NCBI GenBank assembly: GCA_021816955.1
Contig: JAKAWP010000003.1
Span: forward strand, 5,344 to 69,343
Origin: Thermoplasmata archaeon
Lineage (GTDB): Archaea; Thermoplasmatota; Thermoplasmata; Lutacidiplasmatales; UBA184
Length of the DNA stretch: 64,000 bases
Direction of reading: 5' to 3'
The notes beneath the pieces were generated by a model that was not told the DNA's origin, did no database searches, and worked only from the letters and a program-made list of their open reading frames with translations. Positions 53,921 through 63,142 of this stretch are shown piece by piece. The translations under genes were made by a program, and so were the position numbers. Each line of letters begins with the position of its first letter. The stretch's first letter is position 1.

Positions 53921-54925
53921 CTACGCGGCCGGCGCGTCGCGGGAGAGCGGCTGGAACGCCGTGCCCGTCAGGCGCTCGAAGACCGTGGTGTACAGCCGGC
54001 TCACCTCGTCGATCAGGAGCGGCGGCAGGGGCGGGATGTCGGGCTCCGGCGCGCCGCGTTCGCGGGCCGCCTCGAGCTGGGCGTAGTAGCCGGTCGATCG
54101 GTAGTGCTGCCGCACGAACTCCTTGGAGAAGTCGACGAACCGGCCCCGCTCGTAGGCGGCCCGGTCCCAGAACCGGTCCTCGTCCGCGGTGCCGAACGTG
54201 TCGACGACCATGAGCGTCCCGTCCGCATCGACAGCGAACTCTTTCTTGCCGTCGACGTGCAAGAGGCCCCGCGGGGCGATCTCCCGCTGCATCGCCTCGT
54301 CGATCCGCAGGATCGTCTCGCGCAATCGATCGAGGTCGGACCGATCGAGGCAGGCGAGCGCCATCGCCTCCTCCCAGCCGAGGAGCCGGTCGACCGGCTC
54401 CAGCTTCGTCGTGACCTCGAAGTGCGGCTCGGGGAGCTTCGCGCCGAACGCCACGGTCTGGCCGGGCCGGAAGCCGAGCGACTCGCCGGTCACCTTCCCC
54501 GACTTGACCCGGTCCCACAGCGATCCCGCGACGTAGTAGCGGACGATCAACTCGAGGGGAACGAGGTAATTCTTCGGGTGCGGCCCGAGCGTGCGGGGGT
54601 TCGGAACGACCTGGACCCGCTTCACCCGCATCGCCGTCGGGCCCGCGAGGCCGAGGAAGTGGTGCGGGATGCCGAGGCGGCCCGTGAGCTCGAACCAGTG
54701 CGCCGCCGTCCGGGCGAGGGTTTCGCCCTTGTGCGGGATCTCGCTCGGGATGTGCTTGTCGAAGACCGAGATGTCGTTCGTGAACCGGAACTCGAGCTCG
54801 GTCGGCGAGACGGCCCAGACTTCTTTCACCTTGCCCCGGCGCACATACGTCGGCGACGGGGAGGCCGGGGTGGTCGAAGGGGTCATGCCGAACGGGAGCC
54901 GCGTCGCTTCTTTACGGTTGTCCAA
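53921..54925 (-). CDS. purC: phosphoribosylaminoimidazole-succinocarboxamide (SAICAR) synthase
   Basis: [23 protein letters not shown] and HVDGKKEF blocks. N-terminal start uncertain (alternative Met 14 codons in). Confidence 0.88.
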   Translation of the reverse strand: MDNRKEATRLPFGMTPSTTPASPSPTYVRRGKVKEVWAVSPTELEFRFTNDISVFDKHIPSEIPHKGETLARTAAHWFELTGRLGIPHHFLGLAGPTAMRVKRVQVVPNPRTLGPHPKNYLVPLELIVRYYVAGSLWDRVKSGKVTGESLGFRPGQTVAFGAKLPEPHFEVTTKLEPVDRLLGWEEAMALACLDRSDLDRLRETILRIDEAMQREIAPRGLLHVDGKKEFAVDADGTLMVVDTFGTADEDRFWDRAAYERGRFVDFSKEFVRQHYRSTGYYAQLEAARERGAPEPDIPPLPPLLIDEVSRLYTTVFERLTGTAFQPLSRDAPAA

Positions 54926-54950
54926 CTGCCCGCGACCGGTCGTTCCCGGC

Positions 54951-55481
54951 TCAGAGCCGGCGCCCTTGGACCAGCGTGATCGGGCGATAGCCGCGCTTTG
55001 CGTAGAACCGGGTCGCGATCTCGTTGTGCGCCGGAAACTCGGCGGTAACCAATCCCGCGCCTTTCGCCCGCAGCGCTTCCGCCGTCTCCCGCAACAAGTG
55101 CTCGCCGACGCCCTTGCGCCGGTAGAGCGGCAATAGGTAGATGTCGAGGATCACGCCTTCGACCTCGGGCACGTAGAAGACCCGCTCGCGCAGGTGCGCG
55201 CGGACGACCCCGACGACCTTGTCTTTGTCCGGCCCGATGCCTTCCGCCGCGAGCACGAGCGCTTTCGGGTCGGCGAGATCGCGGCGGAGCACCTCGACCG
55301 CCCGCGCCTCGGCGTCGGGACGGACCTTGAGCAACGGGTCGAACTCCTCGTTCAGGCGCTTGAGGCGCAGCAGCAGCTGCGCTAGCGCCGGGACGTCCGC
55401 CTCCCGGGCCGGCCGCAGGTGGACCGGGACGTTCGGCGACTCCCCACCACCCGCCGCCGCGGGGGCCGGTTCCGCGCTCAT
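54951..55481 (-). CDS. GNAT-family N-acetyltransferase
   Basis: YLLPLYRRKGVGEHLL acetyl-CoA motif and FYAKRGY. The ATG overlaps the malic enzyme stop (ATGA). Confidence 0.8.
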   Translation of the reverse strand: MSAEPAPAAAGGGESPNVPVHLRPAREADVPALAQLLLRLKRLNEEFDPLLKVRPDAEARAVEVLRRDLADPKALVLAAEGIGPDKDKVVGVVRAHLRERVFYVPEVEGVILDIYLLPLYRRKGVGEHLLRETAEALRAKGAGLVTAEFPAHNEIATRFYAKRGYRPITLVQGRRL

Positions 55482-56920
55482 CGACCCCGCCCCCGCCGAC
55501 CCGCCCGCGCGTCGGGCATCGCGGGCGTGAGGCCGGCCCGCGCGAGCGCCTGGGTGAGGGCCGCGGCCCGTTGCATCCGGGCGCGGGCCCGCTCGTAGAA
55601 CTCCTCCCGGCTGTGCCGGGTGCGCGCCAGCCCTTCCTTCACGGCGGCGACGCCGACCGCGGCCGCGACGTGGGGAAAGACGTCGAGTTCCTCCATCGTC
55701 GGCAATAGATGGTCGGCGCGCAACCCCCGGTCGTGCGCCCGGGCGGCGAGCTCCCGGGCCGCGGCGAGGACGATCGCATCGGTGATCGAGCGCGCCCGGG
55801 CGTCCAAGACGCCGCGGAAGACCGCCGGAAAGACGAGCGAGTTGTTCACCTGGTTCGGAAAGTCGCTGCGCCCGGTCGCGACGATCGCCGCCCCCGCCGC
55901 GCGCGCCGTCTCGGGCCAGATCTCGGGCACCGGGTTGGCGAGGGCGAAGACGATCGGGTGCGGGGCCATCGAGCGGATCCCCTCCGGGCGGACGGTGTCG
56001 GGGTTCGGGGTCGACGCCGCGAGCAGGACATCCGCCCCGACGAGCGCCTCCGCGAGGCCGCCGCGGCGCCCGCCGCCGTCCGTCTCGAGGGCGGCGCGGT
56101 ACTTCCAGGGGTTGTGGAGCATCAGTTCGTCGACGTCGGACCGCTCCGCCGTCAAGATCCCCTTCTGGTCGACCAGCGTGAGCTGCTTCGGGTCGTGGCC
56201 GAGCGCGAGCAACAGCCGCGCGGTCGCGAGGTTCGCCGCGCCGGCGCCGAGGAGCACGGTGCGGATCTGGCGGACCGAGCGGCCGGTGAGCTCGAGCGCG
56301 TTGAGCAACCCCGCGACGGTCGCGGCCGCGGTCCCGAGCTGGTCGTCGTGCCAGACGGGGATCGGCAGCGAGCGTTGGAGCGACTCGAGCACTTCAAAGC
56401 ACTTCGGGGAGGCGATGTCCTCGAGGTTGATCGCGCCGAACGCGGGGGCGATCCGCTCGACCGTTTCGATCAGTTCGGCGGTCGACGTGACGCGGACGGG
56501 GATCGGGTAGGCGTTCACCCCGCCGAGCCACCGGAACAGGAGCGCCTTGCCCTCCATGACCGGCAGGGCCGCCTCCGGGCCGACGTTCCCGAGGCCGAGC
56601 ACCCGGCTCCCGTCGGTCACGATCGCGATCGTGTTCCAGCGGCCGGTGAGCTCGAACGACCGGTCGGCATCCGCCTCGATCGCCCGGGAGACCTGCGCGA
56701 CGCCCGGGGTGTACCACAGGGAGAAATCGTCGAGGGAGCGGACCGGCACCATCGGCACGGTCTCGACCTTCCCTTGGAAGTAGCGGGCGAGCCGGACGGC
56801 GCGCTCCCCGAGCGCTTCCGTTTGGTCTTCCGCATCCGGCGCCTGCGGCCGCTTGCGCGACCGCAGCCGGCCGGCCCCGTCGCCGGTCGCCGGCGCCGAG
56901 GGAGGCATCGCTTGCACCAT
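55478..56920 (-). CDS. NAD(P)-dependent malic enzyme
   Basis: LWYTPGV, IVTDGSRVLGLGN.GPEAALPVMEGKALLF and GAGAAN blocks; 480 aa. Confidence 0.9.
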   Translation of the reverse strand: MVQAMPPSAPATGDGAGRLRSRKRPQAPDAEDQTEALGERAVRLARYFQGKVETVPMVPVRSLDDFSLWYTPGVAQVSRAIEADADRSFELTGRWNTIAIVTDGSRVLGLGNVGPEAALPVMEGKALLFRWLGGVNAYPIPVRVTSTAELIETVERIAPAFGAINLEDIASPKCFEVLESLQRSLPIPVWHDDQLGTAAATVAGLLNALELTGRSVRQIRTVLLGAGAANLATARLLLALGHDPKQLTLVDQKGILTAERSDVDELMLHNPWKYRAALETDGGGRRGGLAEALVGADVLLAASTPNPDTVRPEGIRSMAPHPIVFALANPVPEIWPETARAAGAAIVATGRSDFPNQVNNSLVFPAVFRGVLDARARSITDAIVLAAARELAARAHDRGLRADHLLPTMEELDVFPHVAAAVGVAAVKEGLARTRHSREEFYERARARMQRAAALTQALARAGLTPAMPDARAGRRGRGR

Positions 56921-57135
56921 CGTCCCTCGCTCGACCGAGCCCGTGGTAATTAACGCTTTGCCGGAGTCGATAAACGATACGTCAACTGCCGAACGAGCGG
57001 CCGGCGGCTAAGACGACCCGCGGCGCGCACGGCGCGGAAAGCCGGGGGCGTCGATTGTCCGGCCCGCAACCGGTTTTCTCCCGCCGCAGCGAAGGCGTTT
57101 TCCGTCACTGTTAAACCCGCTCCCGGGTCGCGTTC

Positions 57136-58119
57136 GTGGCCACGATGAACGTGCAACTCGGGCTCACGAGCCCGTTTCCGCGGTCCGAGGCGCTCGTGGC
57201 GGCGACGCGCGACTATGACCGCGGCCGGACGACGGCCGATGCGCTCGAGGAGCTGTTCGTCCGCACCGAGGGCGAGGTCGTGGACCTCGAGCGCCGCCTC
57301 GGCTTCGACCAGATCACGGCCGGGTATCTGCGCTGGGCGGACCTCTTCCGCCCGATCGCCGAGAGCTGGGGCGGCTTCACCGTCGGGCCGGTGACCCGGT
57401 GGTTCGAGACGAACACGTTCTTCCGCCAGCCGATCTTGCACGCCCCGCCCGAGCGCGTCCCGGGCGCGCTGTTGCGGGCCCTGCCGCCGCCGCTCCAGCG
57501 GGCGCCCGCACCGGCGAAGGCGATTCTCCCCGGCCCGTACACCCTCACCGGGCTGATCGACAACCGCTCCGGGGAGACCGACGAAGCCCTCCTCCACCGG
57601 TTCGGCCGGCTGCTCGCGGAGGAGGTGCGGGAGCTGCGCGGCGCGGGCATCGCCGTCTTCGAGTTCCAGGAGCCGCTCCTCGCCGTGCGCCCGCCTCAGC
57701 GGTCGATCGCCGAGAGCGTTCAGGAGGCGTACCGCTCGATCGAGGCGGCAAGGGACGGGGGGACGACGATCGTCTGGACGGCCCACGGGGACGGCGTCGG
57801 CTGCGCCGAGCTGCTCGGTCGGTTGGCCGCCTCGGTCGTCGGCCTCGACCTCACCGAGACCGACCCCGAGCGGCTGCCGACCGCCCTCGAGCGCCGCGCG
57901 CTCGGCCTCGGGGTCCTCGACCCGCGGACGACGCTGGTCGAAGAGGCGGGCGACATCGTCCGGATCGTGCGGGCGGTCGCCGACCGGTTGCATCCCCCGG
58001 CGGTCTACCTCGGCCCCGGGGCGTCGCTCGACCTGTTGCCATGGGAGCCGGCGACCCGCAAGCTCCACGCGCTCCCGGCGGCCCGGCAGCTGCTGCAGGG
58101 AGGGGGACGTCCGCGATGA
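57136..58119 (+). CDS. MetE N-terminal-domain-like protein (no zinc ligands)
   Basis: TIM-barrel-like, with GPVTRWFETNTFF and ILPGPYTL blocks. At the positions of the zinc ligands it has TAHGDG and LGPGASL instead of HxC and DCG. Confidence 0.7.
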   Translation: MATMNVQLGLTSPFPRSEALVAATRDYDRGRTTADALEELFVRTEGEVVDLERRLGFDQITAGYLRWADLFRPIAESWGGFTVGPVTRWFETNTFFRQPILHAPPERVPGALLRALPPPLQRAPAPAKAILPGPYTLTGLIDNRSGETDEALLHRFGRLLAEEVRELRGAGIAVFEFQEPLLAVRPPQRSIAESVQEAYRSIEAARDGGTTIVWTAHGDGVGCAELLGRLAASVVGLDLTETDPERLPTALERRALGLGVLDPRTTLVEEAGDIVRIVRAVADRLHPPAVYLGPGASLDLLPWEPATRKLHALPAARQLLQGGGRPR

Positions 58120-59267
58120 CCGAGCGATGGCTCTTCCCGCTCCAGGAGATCGGGAGCCTGATGAAGCCGCGCTGGCAGCTCCTCGGCCAGCGCGGCGAGC
58201 CGCTCGACGACCGCGCGCGCGCCGAGCTCGACCGGTGGAACGACCGCCTCGGGCTCGATCGCGAGCCGGCCGCGGCGGCGACGATCCGCGCCCTGCGGGA
58301 CGGACGGTCCCGGGAGGCCGGGGCCGCGGCGGTCCGCGATCTCGGGGCCCTCTTCGCGCTCCGATTCTTCGAGGCGGCCGGCCTCGACCGGGTCTACGAC
58401 GGCGAGGCCCGACGGGTCGAGATGTACGAGCACCCGATCCGCCAGATGCGAGGGTTCCAGTTCCAAGGGCACGTCCGCTCGTTCGACAACAAGTACTACC
58501 TCAAGGCGGCCGTCACCGACGCGGTCGGGCTCGACCGGCCGTACGATCTCGACGAGTTCGCGTTCGTCGCCCGGCACGCTCGGCGCGAACCGAAGGTGCC
58601 GATCACCGGCCCGTACACCCTCGCCGATTGGTCGTACAACGAGTACTACCTGGCTCGCCACCCGGGCTGGAAGGGCCGGGCGGTCCGCCGGGCCGCCCAG
58701 CGGGAGTTCGTCGTCGAGCTCGCGCGGCGGGCGATCCGGCCGACGATCGAGGCGCTGATCCGCGCGGGCGCCCGCGTCGTCCAGATCGACGAGCCGGCCG
58801 CCGGCACCCACCCGGACGAAGCCGAACTCGTCGTCGAAGGGTTCAACGCCGCCACGGACGGGCTCGACGCCGAGTTCACGATGCACATCTGCTTTTCCGA
58901 CTACCGCGCGCTGTTCCCGGCGCTGCTCGAGGCGAAGCGGTGCCGGCAGTGGGCGTGGGAGTTCGCGAACCGCGACGGAGCGGGACGCGACGGCTACGCG
59001 ATCCTCGCCCTGTTGAACGAGTACGGCGACCGGCGCGACGTCGGCCTCGGCGTGCTCGACGTCCACCGCAACGAGATCGAGCCGCCGGCGCTCGTCGCCG
59101 ACCGGATCCGGCGCGCGGCGAAGATCCTCGGCGACCCGCGCCGCCTGTGGGTGAACCCCGACTGCGGGCTGCGCACCCGGTCGCTCGACGTGGCCGCCGA
59201 GAAGCTCGCGAGCATGGCCCGGGGCGCGGCGATCGTGCGGGACGAGTTCGCCTCGCCCCGGGCGTAG
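58116..59267 (+). CDS. metE: cobalamin-independent methionine synthase catalytic-domain protein
   Basis: In-frame ATG 58116 of track ORF 57399..59267 overlaps the previous stop (ATGA). ITGPYTL, VQIDEP, MHICFSDY and NPDCGLRTR blocks (His/Cys/Cys zinc ligands). Confidence 0.8.
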   Translation: MTERWLFPLQEIGSLMKPRWQLLGQRGEPLDDRARAELDRWNDRLGLDREPAAAATIRALRDGRSREAGAAAVRDLGALFALRFFEAAGLDRVYDGEARRVEMYEHPIRQMRGFQFQGHVRSFDNKYYLKAAVTDAVGLDRPYDLDEFAFVARHARREPKVPITGPYTLADWSYNEYYLARHPGWKGRAVRRAAQREFVVELARRAIRPTIEALIRAGARVVQIDEPAAGTHPDEAELVVEGFNAATDGLDAEFTMHICFSDYRALFPALLEAKRCRQWAWEFANRDGAGRDGYAILALLNEYGDRRDVGLGVLDVHRNEIEPPALVADRIRRAAKILGDPRRLWVNPDCGLRTRSLDVAAEKLASMARGAAIVRDEFASPRA

Positions 59268-59277
59268 GTCGACGTCC

Positions 59278-60111
59278 TTAGCGCGGGTTGAGGGCGCGGA
59301 CCGTCACCGCGGTGCAGAGCCCGACCATGGCGATCGCGAACGCGGCGAGGACCCCGAGGTACAGCTCGGGCGGATACGGATAGTAGCCCGACCACGGGAA
59401 GAGGTTCTCGCGCAGCACGTTCACCGCGAGGGTGATCGGGTTCCCCGACGCGATCGTCTTCAGCCAGTCGGGCATCAGCGTCGACGGGGCGATCGCGGTC
59501 GAGCTGAACAGGAGCGGGAGGTTGACGAGGTTCACGAGGGCGAAGTACGCCTCGACCTGCTCGAGGACGTAGCCGAGGGCGACGAACAGCGATGTGAAGG
59601 CGGTCGCGAGGAGCGCCATCGCGACGGCGATCTCGGCCACGCCGAGCGGGCCGATGGCCGCCGTCACCGTGAGGCCGGCGAGTCCGGGCAGGTGCGCGAA
59701 GCCGAGCGCGAGGGCGATGACCAGCCCGCCGAACAACAGGCAGCGGAGGACGCCCGCGGAGACGCTCGCGCCGAGGATCACGACGCGCGAGACGGGGGCG
59801 ACGGTGAGCTTCTTCACGTAGCCGAGGCGCTTGTCGAAGATCACGTTCGCGCCGATGAACAGCGTCGAGAAGACGACGACGAAGATCACCATCCCGGCGC
59901 TGAAGTACGAGTAGTAATCCGGCGCTCCTTGGAACGCGATCAGCGTCTCGGGGGTCGGGCCGCTCGGGATCAGCTTGCCGAGGTTGAACGCCTGGCCGAA
60001 CAACAGGAGGTAGAAGAACGGCGTCATGATCGACGCCGCGATCGCGGTCGGGGTGCGGATCCAGCGCTTGAGCTCGCGGACGGTGAGCGCCCGGTACGCC
60101 CGAAGCGTCAT
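59278..60111 (-). CDS. ABC-2 type transporter permease
   Basis: In-frame ATG 60111 of track ORF 59278..60504 overlaps the ATPase stop (ATGA). Six hydrophobic segments. Confidence 0.8.
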   Translation of the reverse strand: MTLRAYRALTVRELKRWIRTPTAIAASIMTPFFYLLLFGQAFNLGKLIPSGPTPETLIAFQGAPDYYSYFSAGMVIFVVVFSTLFIGANVIFDKRLGYVKKLTVAPVSRVVILGASVSAGVLRCLLFGGLVIALALGFAHLPGLAGLTVTAAIGPLGVAEIAVAMALLATAFTSLFVALGYVLEQVEAYFALVNLVNLPLLFSSTAIAPSTLMPDWLKTIASGNPITLAVNVLRENLFPWSGYYPYPPELYLGVLAAFAIAMVGLCTAVTVRALNPR

Positions 60112-61148
60112 CGCCGGCGCCCCCGGAACTGGTTCATCCGCAGCGCCATCTCGGTGGCGCCCGGGCCTTCGTCCTCCCGGTACGCCCGTCCCGTGAACTC
60201 GAGGAAGACCTCGTCGAGCGACGGCCGCTTCAGCGCGACGCTCGCGACCGGGGCGCCCGCGTCGTGGCACGCCTGCACGACCCGGGGCGTGAGCGCTTCG
60301 CCGCGCAGCGTCTTCACCCGGTAGCCCGACTCGACGCGCTGGACGCCGACGACCCCGGGGAGCGCGCTCACGATCGGGACGAGGTCGACGTCGGGGCGTT
60401 GCGGGACGATCGTGAGGACGTCGCCGCCGACCTTCTCCTTGAGCTCGCTCGGGGTGCCGAGCGCCTTGATCTCCCCGTGGTCGATGATCGCGATCCGGTC
60501 GCACAGCTGGTCGGCCTCGTCGAGGTAGTGCGTCGTCAGGAAGACCGTCACCCCGAACTCGTCCCGCATCCGCCGGACCACCTCGCCGATCCCGGCCCGT
60601 CCCTGCGGGTCGAGCCCGAGGGTCGGCTCGTCCAAGAAGAGCACCTTCGGGGTGTGGAGGACCCCGGCGGCGAGCTCGAGGCGCCGACGCATCCCGCCCG
60701 AGTACGTCTTCACGAGCCGGTGCTGGACCGCCGAGAGGCTCATCGCCTCGAGCAGGCGGTCGATCCGCGGGCCGGCGTCGGCCGGCGGAACGTCGTAGAG
60801 CGCCGCGGTGAGCTCGAGGTTTTCGCGGCCGGTGAGCTGATCGTCGCTCGTCGACTCCTGAAAGACGAGCCCGATCCGCCGCCGGACCTCGGCGGCGTGG
60901 TCGACGACGTCGAGCCCGTCGACGGTCGCGCGGCCCCCGCTCGGGCGCAGGAGCGTCGTCAGGATGCCGACGGTTGTGCTCTTCCCCGCGCCGTTCGGCC
61001 CGAGGAAGCCGAAGATCTCCCCGGCCCGCACCTCGACCGAGACCCCGGCGACGGCCTTCGTCCCGCCGGGGTAGACCTTCTCGAGGCGGTCGGTGACGAT
61101 GATCGGGGGACCGAACGATCGGCTCGACACGGGGCGGGGGAGAGCCAC
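60108..61148 (-). CDS. ABC transporter ATP-binding protein (DrrA-like)
   Basis: Walker A GPNGAGKST, signature YSGGMRRR and Walker B LFLDEPT. Confidence 0.92.
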   Translation of the reverse strand: MALPRPVSSRSFGPPIIVTDRLEKVYPGGTKAVAGVSVEVRAGEIFGFLGPNGAGKSTTVGILTTLLRPSGGRATVDGLDVVDHAAEVRRRIGLVFQESTSDDQLTGRENLELTAALYDVPPADAGPRIDRLLEAMSLSAVQHRLVKTYSGGMRRRLELAAGVLHTPKVLFLDEPTLGLDPQGRAGIGEVVRRMRDEFGVTVFLTTHYLDEADQLCDRIAIIDHGEIKALGTPSELKEKVGGDVLTIVPQRPDVDLVPIVSALPGVVGVQRVESGYRVKTLRGEALTPRVVQACHDAGAPVASVALKRPSLDEVFLEFTGRAYREDEGPGATEMALRMNQFRGRRR

Positions 61149-61200
61149 CCCGTCAAAGCATTGACGGGAAAAGCGCGGCCCCGGCTCACGGACCGCGCGG

Positions 61201-62079
61201 CTACGGCGTCGTCAAAAGCTCGGCACCGGTGTCGGTGACGAGCACCGTGTGCTCGGCTTGGGCGACCGTACCCCGGCCGGCCTCGATGAAGACGGGGTAC
61301 GTCTGGAAGAACCGGCGGCGACGGCGGACGAGCTCGCGCTCGGACGGGTCGGCGACCCAGCGCGCCGTGAACGGAAGCGTTCGGAACCGGGCGAACAGCG
61401 GGGCGAGCTCGGGTGCCGCGGGACCGGGGTCGGCGCGAAAGCGGACGATGTTCCCGAACGGGCCGTTCTCGACGGCCCCCGCGCCGTTCGTGGCGAACGG
61501 CTCGATGGCGATCACTTCGCCCCGTTCGAGCACGGCGGCCGGCCCGCCCCGGACGTTCGGGATCGACTTGCCCGCGTGCAGCCGGTAGCGCTCGATCGAG
61601 TGGCCAGTCAGATTCTCGACGGGCTTGACGCCCTGCGCGACGATCGCCGATTCGATCGCGGCGCTCACCTCGTCGACGCGAACGCCCGACCGGACCCGGG
61701 CGATCCCGGCGGCCAGGGCGTCCCGGACCGCCCGGATCAGGTGCGTCGCGCGCCCGGTCCCGCCGACTTCGACGGTCGTCGCGGTGTCGGCGACGTAGCC
61801 GTCGAGGTGGGCGCCGACGTCGACCTTGACGACGTCGCCGTTCTCGAACGTGACGCGGTCGTCCGGGTCGGGAGTATAGTGGGCCGCTTCGTCGTTCCGC
61901 GAGAGGTTCGCGGGGAAGGCGGGCTCGGCCCCTTCGGACCGGATGAACGCCTCGATCGCCTCCGCCACCGAGCGGCGCGAAGCCCCCGCGACGACGCGGG
62001 CCGCGCCGAGGTCCCGGGCCCGCGCGCTGATGCGGCCGGCGCGGCGCCATCGGTCCAGCGCGTCCGCGTCCACGGCCAT
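61201..62079 (-). CDS. map: type II methionine aminopeptidase
   Basis: In-frame ATG 62079 of track ORF 61201..62364. 292 aa. DVVKVDVGAHLDGY, GHSI and AIEPF.. AQAEHTV blocks. Confidence 0.9.
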   Translation of the reverse strand: MAVDADALDRWRRAGRISARARDLGAARVVAGASRRSVAEAIEAFIRSEGAEPAFPANLSRNDEAAHYTPDPDDRVTFENGDVVKVDVGAHLDGYVADTATTVEVGGTGRATHLIRAVRDALAAGIARVRSGVRVDEVSAAIESAIVAQGVKPVENLTGHSIERYRLHAGKSIPNVRGGPAAVLERGEVIAIEPFATNGAGAVENGPFGNIVRFRADPGPAAPELAPLFARFRTLPFTARWVADPSERELVRRRRRFFQTYPVFIEAGRGTVAQAEHTVLVTDTGAELLTTP

Positions 62080-62084
62080 GGTCC

Positions 62085-62657
62085 CTAGCGGCTCCGCGGT
62101 CGCTCGACCGGTCGGGCGCCCCGCAGGTCGACGAGCGTCGACGGTCGACCGCTCGGCGCCGGCCCGCCGCCGATTAGGTAGACCGCGACGCGTCGGCCGA
62201 AGTAGCGCCGGGCTTCGGAGAGACGGCGCGCCGGGGGGTAGCCGTGGGGATTCGCCGAGGTGGCGGTGATCGGGCCGGCGCGCTCGGCGAGTGCCCGCGC
62301 CACGGGGTGGTCGGGCACGCGCACTCCGAGGGCCTGTCCGCGCGCGACGATCGGCGGGCCCCACGCCGCGCGGGCGGCCGGGGACGGACGGAGGAGGACC
62401 GTGTACGGGCCGGGCAGACGACGGCGGATGAACCGCCGGGCCATCGGCGAGAGGAGCGCCCAGTGCTCGAGCTCCTCCCCGCTCGACACCGCGACCGAGA
62501 CCGGCTGGGTCGGGGCGCGTCCCTTGAGCGATACGAGGCGACGGACCGCGCTGGGGTCGTCCGCGCGGGCGGCGAGCCCGATGAGCGTCTCGGTCGGATA
62601 GGCGACGAGCGCTCCGTCCGCGATCGCGCGGACGGCCCGCTCGAGGGCGCCCGGCAT
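62085..62657 (-). CDS. tsaC: L-threonylcarbamoyladenylate synthase, YrdC-domain only (TsaC/Sua5 family)
   Basis: VAYPTETLIGLAA, KGR, LPGPYTV, TATSAN and STLVD blocks; 190 aa. Confidence 0.85.
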   Translation of the reverse strand: MPGALERAVRAIADGALVAYPTETLIGLAARADDPSAVRRLVSLKGRAPTQPVSVAVSSGEELEHWALLSPMARRFIRRRLPGPYTVLLRPSPAARAAWGPPIVARGQALGVRVPDHPVARALAERAGPITATSANPHGYPPARRLSEARRYFGRRVAVYLIGGGPAPSGRPSTLVDLRGARPVERPRSR

Positions 62658-62661
62658 CGGC

Positions 62662-63120
62662 CTAGAAGAACTCCTCCCCGACGCGGCTGTACGCGAGGTA
62701 GTCGTCGGGGCGGAAGTACAGGGCCAGCTCCCGGGCGGCCGAGGCCGACGAGTCGGAGGCGTGGACCAGGTTCGGGGTGATCGCGAGCGCGAGGTCGCCG
62801 CGGATCGTGCCGGGCGCGGCTTGCTGGGGGTTCGTCGCGCCGACGAGCGCCCGGGTGACCGAGATCGCGCTGCGTCCTTCGACGGCGAGCGCGAAGACCG
62901 GCCCCGACGTGATGTGCTGGACGAGCCCGGGGTAGAACGGCTTGCCTTCGTGCTCGGCGTAGTGCCGGCGGGCGAGCTCGGGCGATACGGCGAGGAGCCG
63001 CGCGGCGACGAGCTTCAAGCCTTTTCGCTCGAGGCGGTCGATCAGGACGCCGACGAGCCCTCGCTTCACGCCGTCCGGCTTGATCAGAACGAGCGTCCGC
63101 TCCAGCGTCCCTTCGGCCAT
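62662..63120 (-). CDS. ndk: nucleoside diphosphate kinase
   Basis: [30 protein letters not shown] (active-site His); 152 aa. Confidence 0.95.
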   Translation of the reverse strand: MAEGTLERTLVLIKPDGVKRGLVGVLIDRLERKGLKLVAARLLAVSPELARRHYAEHEGKPFYPGLVQHITSGPVFALAVEGRSAISVTRALVGATNPQQAAPGTIRGDLALAITPNLVHASDSSASAARELALYFRPDDYLAYSRVGEEFF

Positions 63121-63142
63121 CGTCCGGCGCTAGGTCGCACGG

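Noticed and set aside
56980-57135. Possible cobalamin riboswitch in the leader of the split metE (GGAAAGCCGG...UCCGGCCCGCAACCGGU resembles AGGGAA..GGUG..UCC..CCCGCAACUGU)
   Set aside because: Only a partial core match. No complementary strand for the P5-like stem, no recognisable B12 box, and GAAGGC/CACUG-like elements in the wrong order. A TATA-like element 23 nt upstream of the start suggests a leaderless mRNA. An Infernal scan with RF00174 would settle it.
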